Source: an uncultured virus (IMG/VR IMGVR_UViG_2061766007_000307)
Lineage: Duplodnaviria; Heunggongvirae; Uroviricota; Caudoviricetes
Reading direction: 5' to 3' (one strand)
DNA: 64,000 nucleotides
Virus record (IMG/VR): IMGVR_UViG_2061766007_000307
The position numbers were made by a program, and so were the translations under genes. Below, piece after piece: positions 19,092 to 29,546 of this stretch. Within the stretch, counting starts at the first letter, position 1. Each line of letters starts with the position of its first letter. The notes under the pieces are model-generated. The model was not told the origin of the DNA, did no database searches, and saw only the letters and a list, made by a program, of their open reading frames with translations.

Positions 19092-19660
19092 GCAAACCAC
19101 CCCATGAACCTAATATAAGTAAGGGAATATATAGATATAGAAATGGGAATATCGGGATAGTGCTTGGATAGACCTGGAAATATCCATGTTTCACAAATAT
19201 ACCCATGAACTTAATATAAGTAAGGGAAATAATAGATATAGAAATGGGGATATAAGATAGTGCTTGGGAAGGCCTGGATACCTGGATACCTGGATACCTG
19301 GATACCTGGATACCTGGATAGAACGTGAACGTAAATAGAGATTAAAAAGAACAGGCTAAAGTCCTGTTCCGGATATATGTGGCTAAGCCACATATATCCA
19401 TAACCATATAGATCAGATATCTCATAGTTATAACATCATATCTGTTGGACATCTGCAGAATCATAGATATAAGCAAATACTCCTATGTTTTACAAAAATA
19501 CCCATGAACTTAATATAAGTAAGGGAAATAATGGATATTGAAATGTGATATGTATAAAACCGAGAGAATAAGTCCGAGAATACCTATATTTCACAAATAT
19601 ACCCATAAACTTAATATAAGTAAGGGAAATAATAGATATGGATCGGTAATGATGGAATAG
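19092..19660. repeat. Repeat locus A: four copies of a ~45-bp unit, double palindrome and (CCTGGATA)6
   Basis: CCCATRAACYTAATATAAGTAAGGGAA at 19101, 19202, 19501, 19602; palindromes 19349-19399; 8-mer array 19273-19320. Confidence 0.9.
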
Positions 19661-19982
19661 TGCTGATAAGCTCAGTGTATGTCTGGGGTATATATGGGAT
19701 AGGACAGAAACATAAAAAGATAAGGATAAAAATAAAACTTGTAGTACGCAGTTCCGTGAGTTGTGTCTTCAGCACAACTCACATAATACTATAGGATCTG
19801 TATGTATATCTTTACGTGTAACATCATATACATTCATAAACGTGATATAACGAAAGATCTCATATATGCCTTATATCTTACATGATTTTATGATTATCCT
19901 TTGTCAAATCGCTTCTAATATAGCAAAAATGAAATTTACTGTGATTATATACCTGATTATATACTGTCAATAGCTTGTTATT

Positions 19983-20258
19983 ATGACATATACTGAATTT
20001 TGTACTGAGTATTTCCGTATCAAAGATTCTGCCGATAAGATACTGCGCATTTTAGATTCTTTGACTTTCATGGGCCATGGTGTTGCTGTGAAGGCTTTTG
20101 CAGATATCTACAGGTTCATCAATAAATGGAAGGTCCGTGAAGCAAGTAGATATGATGGGTATTTTTGGGAAATCAGCAAGAAAGTCTTGTCTAATGAACT
20201 GAAAGCACGGGTTTCAGAAATAGACGGCAAGATTTCTGAGATAGTTCGTAAGATCTGA
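19983..20258 (+). CDS. Hypothetical protein
   Basis: GTGATTATA at 19941 upstream. Confidence 0.65.
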   Translation: MTYTEFCTEYFRIKDSADKILRILDSLTFMGHGVAVKAFADIYRFINKWKVREASRYDGYFWEISKKVLSNELKARVSEIDGKISEIVRKI

Positions 20259-20302
20259 TGTAAAATAACTTATAGGAAGAGATAAAGAACATAAATCAGT
20301 AG

Positions 20303-20398
20303 TCTGCTGGAACTGCTGATTATACTGAGGGAGCAGATGTAAGGCCTGCCAGAGTTGAAATCTGAAGTTCACATACTAAAGATCTGTAAGTAGTTCAC
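20303..20398 (+). mobile_element. Degenerate family-1 omegaRNA/right-end remnant
   Basis: GCTGGAAC..GATTATAC.GAGGGAGCAGATGTAAG...GTTGAAATC.GAAG...GTAGTTCAC. Confidence 0.75.
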
Positions 20399-20442
20399 AA
20401 TGTTAATACCGCAAAGCATAAAACATCTTTTGTAAATAGATT

Positions 20443-20640
20443 ATGGAAACGCATATTACGGTTAATGAGATGATCAAGCTCTGCAATGAAAAAGGTGTAT
20501 CATTAGATACTCCTATTGTTATTGGGGATGTAAATAACTGGGAAAAGCCTCTGCTGTACTCATTTTATGTCGACCTGAAGACGTATGAAGGTACTGAGAC
20601 TAGACATGAGATAGAGATATCTATAGTCACTGATGATTGA
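20443..20640 (+). CDS. Small hypothetical protein
   Basis: ATG with AT-rich leader. Confidence 0.6.
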   Translation: METHITVNEMIKLCNEKGVSLDTPIVIGDVNNWEKPLLYSFYVDLKTYEGTETRHEIEISIVTDD

Positions 20641-20660
20641 TAAATTGTAAATTGTAAATT

Positions 20661-20843
20661 ATGGTAGCGATATTGATCCCTATATTACTTCTATTGTACT
20701 CTCTAGGTGTACTCATAGCATTCATTATGTTTGCATCTTTAGTCCATAATCGACACATGTGGATTGATCCAGTTTACATCCTTTACAGTTGGTTGTTTGT
20801 AATTGTAATATGGCAAGAATATTATAGAGACAGAGACATCTAG
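20661..20843 (+). CDS. Small membrane protein
   Basis: Two hydrophobic segments; TAG stop directly abuts the next in-frame ATG. Confidence 0.6.
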   Translation: MVAILIPILLLLYSLGVLIAFIMFASLVHNRHMWIDPVYILYSWLFVIVIWQEYYRDRDI

Positions 20844-22238
20844 ATGAAATTCAACCCTGAAATAGTATTTGATAAAAGCTTGGACGTCAGGAATCATATT
20901 ACAGAAGATATGAGGAAGATGGCCAAGCAGATGCCTTATACAACAATATTATACGTAGGTACTAAGCTGATACCTTGCGGAAGTATATCATATTTGAAGA
21001 TAAGCGACACATCCTTCTGTCCTACGATATCACTTGATATCCCGAAAGTATCTCTCAATTCGTCTATTGATAATACACGAGAGATTATTCCTGGAACTGT
21101 CATATCATTCCTTGCTAGCGACGGTGTAGGGCTAATAGAATCTGTCTTTACTGCAGACAGTGTGAGGGACGATGGTATATATCTGACTATATCTGGGAAT
21201 CTGCGTGTCCCTGACATGTTCAGGAAATGCTCATGTTCTCTGCCTGGCAGGAGCGCAGAAGCTCTTGCATGTATGGCCCAGCAGATGGGTACAGGATTCT
21301 GTACTAACATAGAATTATCTGATACTAATGACGCCATGATATGGGTCAATGGGCATAATTCTACAGTTGATTTCTGTCAGTATATCGCACAGCATGCGTA
21401 TAAGGATGACAAGTCGTTTTTTGACTCGTTCATAAGTATAGACCATAATCTATATTTTATCGAGTGTAACAGATTGTTCGATAAATTTGCTTTCAAAGAC
21501 GATATAATTAACTCTTTCAAAATCAATAAGATACCTTCTACTCAATTTGATAAATCAGGAACAGATGTAGCTATAGGATCAAAAGATGATATTAAAGATT
21601 CTCCTTATAAGCTGACAAATATAAATTCAGCAACTGGATGGAATAATTATTTCGATAACTACATATTGGAGAATAATCCATCTGATACAGTAACATCTGG
21701 CGCACGTGTGGTCATAGAATACTATGATAGAATCAGTGATAGCTTCATAAGCGAGTTCGCTGAGGCCCTGATAGACCATAAAGAAGGTATGGTCCCTGTC
21801 AATAGAGGACTGGTAGTTGATGGTACCAAAGAGTTCGAGGATGTCTATGATGTTATAACATATCCTATGCTAGATACTGACAATCATCATAAGAATTTTT
21901 ATTGGGCTCAGGCTTTCAATGAATTGAATCTGAAAAGCGTGCGAGGTTCAGGAATATGCTGCGAATTATCGCTCAATACATATATCAAGAGAGGTACGGC
22001 TATATGGGTAGATATTTATAGGAGCAGGAATGACACTACAGATCAGAGCAATGATGATTCATCATCATCATCAGAAGCTGTTTCTGATAATATGGTGCTA
22101 GATATCCCTAAGACAGGATTTTATGTTGTAGATGGTATAGATTATGTTGTAGATTGTGGCCAATTAAAACAGTATGTTCATCTTATAAGACGATCTATGA
22201 TACCTGGTCCGTCTGCCAGTGTCGCATTGAATGTATGA
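20844..22238 (+). CDS. Putative baseplate hub/tail structural protein
   Basis: Beta-rich; C-terminal TGFYVVDGIDY...LIRR resembles hub-protein ends; inference. Confidence 0.5.
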   Translation: MKFNPEIVFDKSLDVRNHITEDMRKMAKQMPYTTILYVGTKLIPCGSISYLKISDTSFCPTISLDIPKVSLNSSIDNTREIIPGTVISFLASDGVGLIESVFTADSVRDDGIYLTISGNLRVPDMFRKCSCSLPGRSAEALACMAQQMGTGFCTNIELSDTNDAMIWVNGHNSTVDFCQYIAQHAYKDDKSFFDSFISIDHNLYFIECNRLFDKFAFKDDIINSFKINKIPSTQFDKSGTDVAIGSKDDIKDSPYKLTNINSATGWNNYFDNYILENNPSDTVTSGARVVIEYYDRISDSFISEFAEALIDHKEGMVPVNRGLVVDGTKEFEDVYDVITYPMLDTDNHHKNFYWAQAFNELNLKSVRGSGICCELSLNTYIKRGTAIWVDIYRSRNDTTDQSNDDSSSSSEAVSDNMVLDIPKTGFYVVDGIDYVVDCGQLKQYVHLIRRSMIPGPSASVALNV

Positions 22239-22271
22239 TTGTGAACGATTGAGAACAACATAAGCAAAACA

Positions 22272-22299
22272 AAAATAGGAGCCGTATAGCTCCTATTTT
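22272..22299. terminator. Bidirectional terminator
   Basis: AAAATAGGAGC-CGTATA-GCTCCTATTTT between convergent genes. Confidence 0.75.
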
Positions 22300-22329
22300 T
22301 GTTTATAGTCTTTACATGAATGCATTTGA

Positions 22330-24390
22330 TTATTTGTCATCAGGAAGTGCGTATTTTACTGGAATGCCTTTCCATGAAGGATATTTCTCAGTAAATGAGT
22401 CCATAGGATTGTTCTCATTATCCAACAACCATAGGACACGCTTACGAGCATCAACATCTTTCAGATCAGCTTTTGTATTCTCAGTAACCCATTGGCCATC
22501 ACCGCAAATAATAACTGCAATATCTTTACGATCATTTAACAATTTTGCAGCAACTGCCATAGGTACAGTTATATTAGAAGATCCTACATGGCCTTTAAGC
22601 TCTAGTTGTCCATTATTAAAGCCTTTTCCTAAAATCTGCTCAAGCACATCAGGGTCTTTAACCTGATAAGTTCCATTATAATAGCAATCACCATCCCATG
22701 AATGTACAGCTAAATCAGGAATACCGCATGCTTTACAAGATTGTACCATCATAGTCACCTGATATGCAACAATTTCAGGATCCATTGAACCAGACACATC
22801 TTGGAACATATGCAGCGTAGGTCTAGACTTATTGCTCTTGATATCTTTGATACGCATGATACCTGTTTCTGCGGTAGTATGCATGTATTTCTTGTTTACA
22901 GAAATATCACCATAAATTTCAGCGATTCTAGAAAGATTCAACCAAAGCTTCATGCTCTTTGCATCCATTTTAGATATATGTCTTTCAAGTGCACGGCTTG
23001 CAGCCAGGTCTAAACCGAACGTTCTCATGCGGCGATATACCTCTGAATTGGTTCCAACAGTATCTTCTGGAAGCAATGACTTGCCATCCAATTCTGGCGT
23101 TATGACGTTAGGAGCTTCATCAGCTATACCTTTTTGTACTTGAGGCTTGCCAGTTTTACCGCTAGAAGCTTTAAGCTGGGAATTAGGACCTAATTCGTTA
23201 TCGAAATCTCTTAGTCCTCCTCCTTCTCCTTCGCCTCCCATAGCATTATCGCTTCCTCTGGTGCTTTTTTTGCCAGCACTCATACCTTCCTGGCCTTGTC
23301 CGTTTTGACCACCTTGACCATTACCCTGACCTTGACTGTCTTGACCATTACCCTGACCTTGTCCGTCTTGACCCTTGTCCTGGCCTTGACCCTTGCCCTG
23401 ACCTTGACTGTCTTGACCATTACCCTGACCTTGTCCGTCTTGACCACCTTGACCCTTACCCTGACCTTGTCCGTCTTGACCTCCTTGACTGCTCACGTTT
23501 CCGTCATGACCTCCTTGGCTTTGTCCCTGTCCTTGTCCTTGACCTTGGCCCTGACCCTGTCCTTGACCCTGTCCTTGGCCCTGTCCTTGTCCCTGACCCT
23601 GACCTTGACCCTGTCCTTGACCCTGACCTTGGCCTTGGCCTTGTTTATTTTGTTGGTCCATAGATTCTCTGTATTTCATCCATGCGATAATATACTCTTT
23701 AGCGTCAGTACCATACATTTCAACAAAACCTGGATCATCAAGATCTGCGATATCATTTCTATATATATCCTCGAGATCTTTAATTAGTTCAAGCTGGCCG
23801 CTATAACTCTTACCTTTACAGCATCTATGACACCATCCATGAATAGTATCACTGATGATAGATCTTGCACGTTTTGAATATTTTGCAATTGTATTATTGA
23901 CCTGTTCATCTGCCAATATATTTCTTAGCATTCCCTGATCAGGAACCTTTTCATCGTTATGATTGAAATACATATGCAGAAGCTCATGTGCAACTACGAT
24001 ATTTATAAGCTCAGTATCACCTTTCAGACCATCAGGGCTCAAACAGAATCCAGCGTTGAACACTATAGAAGGGATACCTCTAGAATTACAGACAGCCATA
24101 GTATTGAATGCATTCGGATTGTTATAGTCCTGCTTGAGCACTATATATTGCTGGATCTTGTGGCCTTTATTGATGATTGATTGAGGGACTCCGTAAATAT
24201 CAGCCTCATTGATAGCAGAAGTGAACAGCGGTTTCCAGAAAGCAGCTTCTGTTTTCTTTACAGTACCATCGTTCAAGACTACAGGAATATACCCGAGTTC
24301 TTTTTCTACGCTTTCCATCTCTTCGATAGCAAAGAGCATCTGCGTTTTGATTCTTTCTTCATACTCGCTTTTTCGATTTAATGTAGCCAT
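22330..24390 (-). CDS. HExxH metallopeptidase-like plus VWA protein with GQ-repeat linker (MoxR partner)
   Basis: AHELLH, (GQ)n tract, MIDAS DVSGS, CGDG. Confidence 0.8.
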   Translation of the reverse strand: MATLNRKSEYEERIKTQMLFAIEEMESVEKELGYIPVVLNDGTVKKTEAAFWKPLFTSAINEADIYGVPQSIINKGHKIQQYIVLKQDYNNPNAFNTMAVCNSRGIPSIVFNAGFCLSPDGLKGDTELINIVVAHELLHMYFNHNDEKVPDQGMLRNILADEQVNNTIAKYSKRARSIISDTIHGWCHRCCKGKSYSGQLELIKDLEDIYRNDIADLDDPGFVEMYGTDAKEYIIAWMKYRESMDQQNKQGQGQGQGQGQGQGQGQGQGQGQGQGQGQGQGQGQGQGQGQSQGGHDGNVSSQGGQDGQGQGKGQGGQDGQGQGNGQDSQGQGKGQGQDKGQDGQGQGNGQDSQGQGNGQGGQNGQGQEGMSAGKKSTRGSDNAMGGEGEGGGLRDFDNELGPNSQLKASSGKTGKPQVQKGIADEAPNVITPELDGKSLLPEDTVGTNSEVYRRMRTFGLDLAASRALERHISKMDAKSMKLWLNLSRIAEIYGDISVNKKYMHTTAETGIMRIKDIKSNKSRPTLHMFQDVSGSMDPEIVAYQVTMMVQSCKACGIPDLAVHSWDGDCYYNGTYQVKDPDVLEQILGKGFNNGQLELKGHVGSSNITVPMAVAAKLLNDRKDIAVIICGDGQWVTENTKADLKDVDARKRVLWLLDNENNPMDSFTEKYPSWKGIPVKYALPDDK
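23290..23645 (-). repeat. Coding Gly-Gln repeat
   Basis: More than 20 consecutive GQ dipeptides followed by GQDGQGQGN-type units. Confidence 0.9.
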
Positions 24391-24554
24391 AATAACTTTA
24401 TTATTTTGTTTTTACTTTTAGATTTCTTAATACCAACACGTTGATCGTCGAGCTTTATTAAAAGAATGATCCGTATACTGATGTCCTTTCAGATCAGACA
24501 ATATATACGGATCACCCTAAAAAATATATTGTACTCTAAAATATAATCACAAGA

Positions 24555-26684
24555 TTACTCTTTCATATATTCTTCGTACTGCTCGCTTAGCTTCATCAAA
24601 CCTCTGAACACATCGCTGTCAAGATCTGAATTAGAAACCTTACGCTCGCTTCCTGAACGCAAAAGGATCATAGTGATCACTGCCTTCAAATATGGTGTGC
24701 CTTCTAGCAGATATGGATGCAGCTCTACAAGAGCACTCTTCAATTCATCACTGATCTTAGACTTCTTCGATGCAACGAAGATATTAGCGGTATTCGACGG
24801 ATTATCTAAGAACATATTTGTAAGGATATGGCTGTTCAGCAACATGAAATTAGCTATCATGATGCAAGGATAATCTGCAGGATATGTCTCCAAGCCGCTG
24901 AGATATGATTTCAAAGCTTTAGCATCATCAAGAAGAGCCTGCTCTTCAGTTCCTTTCAAAGGTAAGAATGCAATGACCTTCTCGTTGTCATAAGTTCCTG
25001 TACCTGCTCTACGAGTGATAAATGTCAATTCTGGAGTAGGTGCGCCGGTATATGCTCCGAAGATAGACAGATACAATCCCTGAAGGGCTGATATTTGCTT
25101 TGTCACCTTCTTAGGTTGCTCTTTTTCAGCATCATTAAGATCGACCTTCAGACCCTGGAAGAATTTAGATGAACCTAGATTCTCAGCCATATCGCTGTCT
25201 TTCACAGCAAAGATTTTTCTTACATCATCGATACCTTCCTTCATAAGAGACTTCAAGTCATCGCTCACAGTACCGCGCTTTCCATCCATCTCATCTTCTG
25301 TGGTGTTGTTTGCTGTATTGATTTCCTTGTCAAGGATCTGAGCCCAATATCTGCAGAACTCTTTTGTCTCGCTGACACCGATCTTAGCTGCGATCTTCTT
25401 GATAAAGATAGGACATTTCTTACCTGTAGTATCTACAGCATCATTTGCAGACTTCAACAATGTATACTTATTAACATCGTCAAGAAGGTTCTTCTTGCCT
25501 TCAAGTGTATTAGGATAACGTCTCTCAATGACATCGTCGATGATCTTACCTACACCTTCCCAGTTACGAGGGTCTAGTGTGAACTGGATATCTTCAGTAT
25601 CCTTATGGAATTTAGACTCGTCTTGCTTTATGTAGTCAATCACAACCTTATTGACATGTCCTTCTTTCTCAGCCCATGAGTACCAGTCTTTTGGAGTAGG
25701 GACATATAGATAAGGAGTGATACGGCCGAAGAACGCACCTGATGCTCTATCATAAGCTTCAGCAACCTCGTCATCATCACATGGACGGTTACTCAATAAG
25801 ATGAAAGCCCATTTAGAACCAAGAACATATTCGCCTGCACCTGCTGTACGCTGCTGCATGATATTCATCAGGTTCTTGAACACTGAAGGGTCTGCGCGGA
25901 AGAACTCATCTACAACGATAAGGCCGCCGTCTACAGAAATACCAGAAACGCCTGTGCGTCCGTTAGCGATAGCATCCAATTTCTCATCCTCTACAAGATT
26001 ACCTGTAGGCTTGTATAGAGGCAGAAATGATGCCGGAGCAGGTCCAAGTCTGTTATCCTTAGATGTAGTGTCAACATCAATATCCAGAACTGATGCGATA
26101 ACACCTTTAGTATTGCTGACATCAACAAGAGAAGGCAGCAAGAATGAATCAGAAGTAAGCTGCCCGCCATCAAGCAGGATAAGACCTCTCTTCTTGTCAT
26201 TGACTGCATTCCACTCACGTATAACCTGCTTCAAGATCGTTGTCTTACCGATACCGATAGCTCCATAGAAACAAGGGACCTGAAGGTTGTGCTCATTTTT
26301 AGGGTTGTAAGACTCCTTAGAGATATCTGCCATAAGGTCTGCAAGGATCTCAGCCATGTCTTCACCGTCGATCTGAGTGACTTCAGACACAGCCTTTCCG
26401 TCAGCGAAGAAGCCGTTCAAAGCTTCATGTACGTTTTTTGTCTTTGTCTGCGAGAGCAACCATTCTATATTAGTTCTGATATTGCCTTCTCCTTTAGAAG
26501 CGTCTGTGCTGACGCTGTTAGGATCGACATTACCAACAAAGAACTTACCTAGTCGTGTTCTAGCAAGAAGGTTCTTGATTGCAACAAGAGGAGTAACCTG
26601 GAGTACTTGTTTAGCCTTATTGACTACAACTTTCCAAACATCAGAGATGCCCTCACGGATAGCATATTCACTGTATAATAACAT
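24555..26684 (-). CDS. MoxR-like AAA+ ATPase
   Basis: GAIGIGKT, VVDEFFRA, LLSNR, DPRNWE; likely start MLLYSEY at 26684. Confidence 0.82.
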   Translation of the reverse strand: MLLYSEYAIREGISDVWKVVVNKAKQVLQVTPLVAIKNLLARTRLGKFFVGNVDPNSVSTDASKGEGNIRTNIEWLLSQTKTKNVHEALNGFFADGKAVSEVTQIDGEDMAEILADLMADISKESYNPKNEHNLQVPCFYGAIGIGKTTILKQVIREWNAVNDKKRGLILLDGGQLTSDSFLLPSLVDVSNTKGVIASVLDIDVDTTSKDNRLGPAPASFLPLYKPTGNLVEDEKLDAIANGRTGVSGISVDGGLIVVDEFFRADPSVFKNLMNIMQQRTAGAGEYVLGSKWAFILLSNRPCDDDEVAEAYDRASGAFFGRITPYLYVPTPKDWYSWAEKEGHVNKVVIDYIKQDESKFHKDTEDIQFTLDPRNWEGVGKIIDDVIERRYPNTLEGKKNLLDDVNKYTLLKSANDAVDTTGKKCPIFIKKIAAKIGVSETKEFCRYWAQILDKEINTANNTTEDEMDGKRGTVSDDLKSLMKEGIDDVRKIFAVKDSDMAENLGSSKFFQGLKVDLNDAEKEQPKKVTKQISALQGLYLSIFGAYTGAPTPELTFITRRAGTGTYDNEKVIAFLPLKGTEEQALLDDAKALKSYLSGLETYPADYPCIMIANFMLLNSHILTNMFLDNPSNTANIFVASKKSKISDELKSALVELHPYLLEGTPYLKAVITMILLRSGSERKVSNSDLDSDVFRGLMKLSEQYEEYMKE

Positions 26685-26773
26685 AATATAATGATTTGAA
26701 AATATAATTTCGTATGATAGATTTACATGTTCAGCACTGATTATATTATCAGATACTAACAAAACCAGTCATT

Positions 26774-27097
26774 ATGAGTAGATACGAGATATCTGGATTA
26801 AAGAAAGCAGTAGCATCATCTCATAGATGGATGCGGAAGCACGCTAACAGGTCTCACAGCGAAAGGCCTATAGTGCAAGACGTGCCTTTAGATGCAATAT
26901 TGCAAATTGTAGAATGTTTCGCTAGATACGACTCTGAGTCTCCTGACAATCTTGACAGCGACACCGTAAATTCCATAAGACAGATAGATATACACGAACT
27001 AGATCGTATCATAGAGAATATTAATGACATTATTGATGACGCAGTAGATCCGTTTGTCGATATAGACGACATTCTGTCTGCTTGTACATATGTATAA
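26774..27097 (+). CDS. Hypothetical protein
   Basis: 107-aa ORF divergent from the ATPase. Confidence 0.55.
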   Translation: MSRYEISGLKKAVASSHRWMRKHANRSHSERPIVQDVPLDAILQIVECFARYDSESPDNLDSDTVNSIRQIDIHELDRIIENINDIIDDAVDPFVDIDDILSACTYV

Positions 27098-27233
27098 TAA
27101 CTCGTGATTATATTAGCCTTTTAGGTAGTATTTGTGGCGATTGTGAGAAATGTAGTCATTCACATTATTTAATTTTAGGAATTATTTGCAAATTTACAAA
27201 AAGATTTGTAATTTTACAGAAAGATTATAAGAA

Positions 27234-28427
27234 ATGGTAAAAATATACAAAACATATAAATACATGATGTGCCCGAATAAGGAGCAGGAAAGTGTTCTTG
27301 CGAGATATTTCGGGTCAGTCCGCTTTGTGTATAACCATTTCCTTGCTGAACGCAAAAGACAGTATAGTGAGAGCGGTAAGAGTGACAACTACCGCACACA
27401 AGCAAAAGCTTTGACCTTGTTGAAAAAGAAAGAAGATTTCGCTTGGCTGAAGGAAATCAACTCCCAGACACTACAGTTCTCTCTTCGCTGTTTGGAAACC
27501 GCATATACTAACTTTTTTAGCGGTAGAACGAAGTTTCCGAGATTCAAGATTAAAAAGAATGGAGGTAGTTTCACTGTTCCTCAGAACTGCTCCATCAAAG
27601 ATGGGAAAATCTACATACCAAAGTTCAAGCAAGGCATCAAAATCAAGGAGCACAGAACATTCCAAGGGAATGTCAGGAATATGACGATCTCCATAACGCC
27701 AAGCGGGAAATACTATGTTTCTATATTATCCGAAGTCGAACATAAGCCTTTGAGGAAAACCAACAAGAAGGTAGGGATAGACTTAGGTATCAAAGATTTC
27801 ATAGTAACTAGCGATGGTATGAGGTATTCAAGCAACAAGTTTGTCAAGCATTATGCCAAGAAACTTACAAAGGCTCAAAAGCGTTTGTCCAAAAAGTACA
27901 AAGGAAGTGGAGAGTGGCATAGGATGCGATTGAAGGTTGCGAGAATACAAGAGAAGATACACAACTGCCGTATGGACAAGTTGCATAAGATTTCCGCCGA
28001 TTTGGTAAGGAATTATGATGTGATTTGCTGCGAGGACTTGAATGTGAAAGGAATGCAGAGAAACCACAAACTCGCTCAAAGCATAGCTGATGCGAGCTGG
28101 GGTATGTTCTTGAATTTGCTTTCGTACAAATGTGAGAGGGACGATAAGCAGCTTGTTAAAGTGAGCAGGTTCTATCCATCCTCAAAGACTTGTAGCCACT
28201 GTGGTTATGTCAAGAAAGATTTGTCTCTGAAAGACAGATATTGGAAATGTCCTCATTGCGGGAATATGATCGATAGAGATTTGAATGCATCGATCAACAT
28301 CCTGAACGAAGGTATCAGAAATATATCGGCTGGAACGGTCGATTATACGGAGGGAGCAGACGTAAGACCTACTCGTGGGCAGTCAGCGTTGAAATCCGAA
28401 GCCTGCGAATCTTTAGTTCGTGGGTAG
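27234..28427 (+). CDS. tnpB: TnpB family 1, intact RuvC triad
   Basis: HTH N-terminus, GIDLG, CCEDL, zinc finger, DRDLNA; right end TTCAC at 28428-28432. Confidence 0.95.
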   Translation: MVKIYKTYKYMMCPNKEQESVLARYFGSVRFVYNHFLAERKRQYSESGKSDNYRTQAKALTLLKKKEDFAWLKEINSQTLQFSLRCLETAYTNFFSGRTKFPRFKIKKNGGSFTVPQNCSIKDGKIYIPKFKQGIKIKEHRTFQGNVRNMTISITPSGKYYVSILSEVEHKPLRKTNKKVGIDLGIKDFIVTSDGMRYSSNKFVKHYAKKLTKAQKRLSKKYKGSGEWHRMRLKVARIQEKIHNCRMDKLHKISADLVRNYDVICCEDLNVKGMQRNHKLAQSIADASWGMFLNLLSYKCERDDKQLVKVSRFYPSSKTCSHCGYVKKDLSLKDRYWKCPHCGNMIDRDLNASINILNEGIRNISAGTVDYTEGADVRPTRGQSALKSEACESLVRG

Positions 28428-28772
28428 TTCACTTGTGAATTGGAAGAAATCACAGATAGCCCATATGATATAATCTATTTCATCTATATCTTCTTTGACA
28501 TGATGCTGTGAGTAGCTATTCATGCTTACTATTCTCTTCAGAGTCTGCACTCTATGATATATGCTTGAAAATGATACAGTATGCGCTTTTCGAGGGTTTT
28601 CTTTTGCATATTCGTCTATACGTGACATGCAATAGTTCAATACATCTTGCTTTGTATAGCACATATATCCGTCACATAATACGCAATGTGCGATATCAAT
28701 CCACTTATGACTGATAAATTTTCTGCGGCGATACCATCCTTTACAATATGACATGAAGTTATCAAATATCAT
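28413..28772 (-). CDS. Hypothetical protein whose last codons come from the IS right end
   Basis: GTGATTATA at 28801; ends SELPTN* inside the right-end hairpin. Confidence 0.65.
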   Translation of the reverse strand: MIFDNFMSYCKGWYRRRKFISHKWIDIAHCVLCDGYMCYTKQDVLNYCMSRIDEYAKENPRKAHTVSFSSIYHRVQTLKRIVSMNSYSQHHVKEDIDEIDYIIWAICDFFQFTSELPTN

Positions 28773-28815
28773 GATCTTAGAAATTAACAGTTTACTATAA
28801 TATAATCACATACAA

Positions 28816-28855
28816 AAAAAGATAGGACCTCTTATATAAGAAGCCCTATCTTTTT
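28816..28855 (-). terminator. Terminator-like hairpin
   Basis: AAAAAGATAGG...CCTATCTTTTT. Confidence 0.6.
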
Positions 28856-28879
28856 GTGTCCGAGTTGAATCAGGATTAA

Positions 28880-29191
28880 TTATTCTCTACCCTCAGGATT
28901 CTGATTCTGTACTTCACTTGATCCTGACTCTGGCTCTACTGCTGTAGGATCAGTGTATACTATTTCGCCATCATCCTCAGCTGATTCTTTATATATGATA
29001 TTAGCACCAGGTGAAGGTACAGTATATTCTATCTCATATTTAGGATATGCTGTGCTGTCGGAATCGATAGCCTTGTTCAGAAGATCATTCATCTGCTCAA
29101 CTGTCAATTCGTTTGACAAACTGTTGTTTATCTTGCGCACAATAGCGTCAATGATAACCTGCATTTGAGAATAACTAGGAGAATTTTTCAT
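28880..29191 (-). CDS. Hypothetical protein
   Basis: Co-oriented ORF in the structural block. Confidence 0.65.
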   Translation of the reverse strand: MKNSPSYSQMQVIIDAIVRKINNSLSNELTVEQMNDLLNKAIDSDSTAYPKYEIEYTVPSPGANIIYKESAEDDGEIVYTDPTAVEPESGSSEVQNQNPEGRE

Positions 29192-29217
29192 GCTTATATT
29201 GTTTAATTATAAATATA

Positions 29218-29538
29218 TTATTGTTCTATAAGACTCATAAGATATTCCATCTGGTCTTCTGTCAGTTCGGACACGCTGTTCTTCTCTACAAGATCATCGA
29301 TCGTAGAGCATGCAGATTCGAACCAATATTCGACTATTGTACCATTCTCTATGATACCGACAGTCTTTCCTATGCACATCTGAAATTTATCTGAAGACAA
29401 CGCAGCGAAAGCTGCTTCTTTAGATACATATGGTCCATAGAACCAGTCAAAATTTGGCAGATACTTCGGAACCTTAGAAGACCCGTCGTTTGCATGAAGT
29501 ATCTGCGCATATGCGAAATCTTGCGTTAATACTGCCAT
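29218..29538 (-). CDS. Hypothetical (putative virion) protein
   Basis: YGPY...GKTVGI...VEYWF motif. Confidence 0.65.
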   Translation of the reverse strand: MAVLTQDFAYAQILHANDGSSKVPKYLPNFDWFYGPYVSKEAAFAALSSDKFQMCIGKTVGIIENGTIVEYWFESACSTIDDLVEKNSVSELTEDQMEYLMSLIEQ

Positions 29539-29546
29539 AATTAATG

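Noticed and set aside
19092..19660. CRISPR array
   Set aside because: Units are long, degenerate and irregularly spaced, spacers are partly homologous, and no cas genes are present
23296..23787. LT/LS-repeat ORF on the plus strand
   Set aside because: Antisense shadow of the GQ repeat
27234..28427. Nuclease-dead TnpB (TldR-like regulator)
   Set aside because: All three RuvC acidic residues are present in each copy
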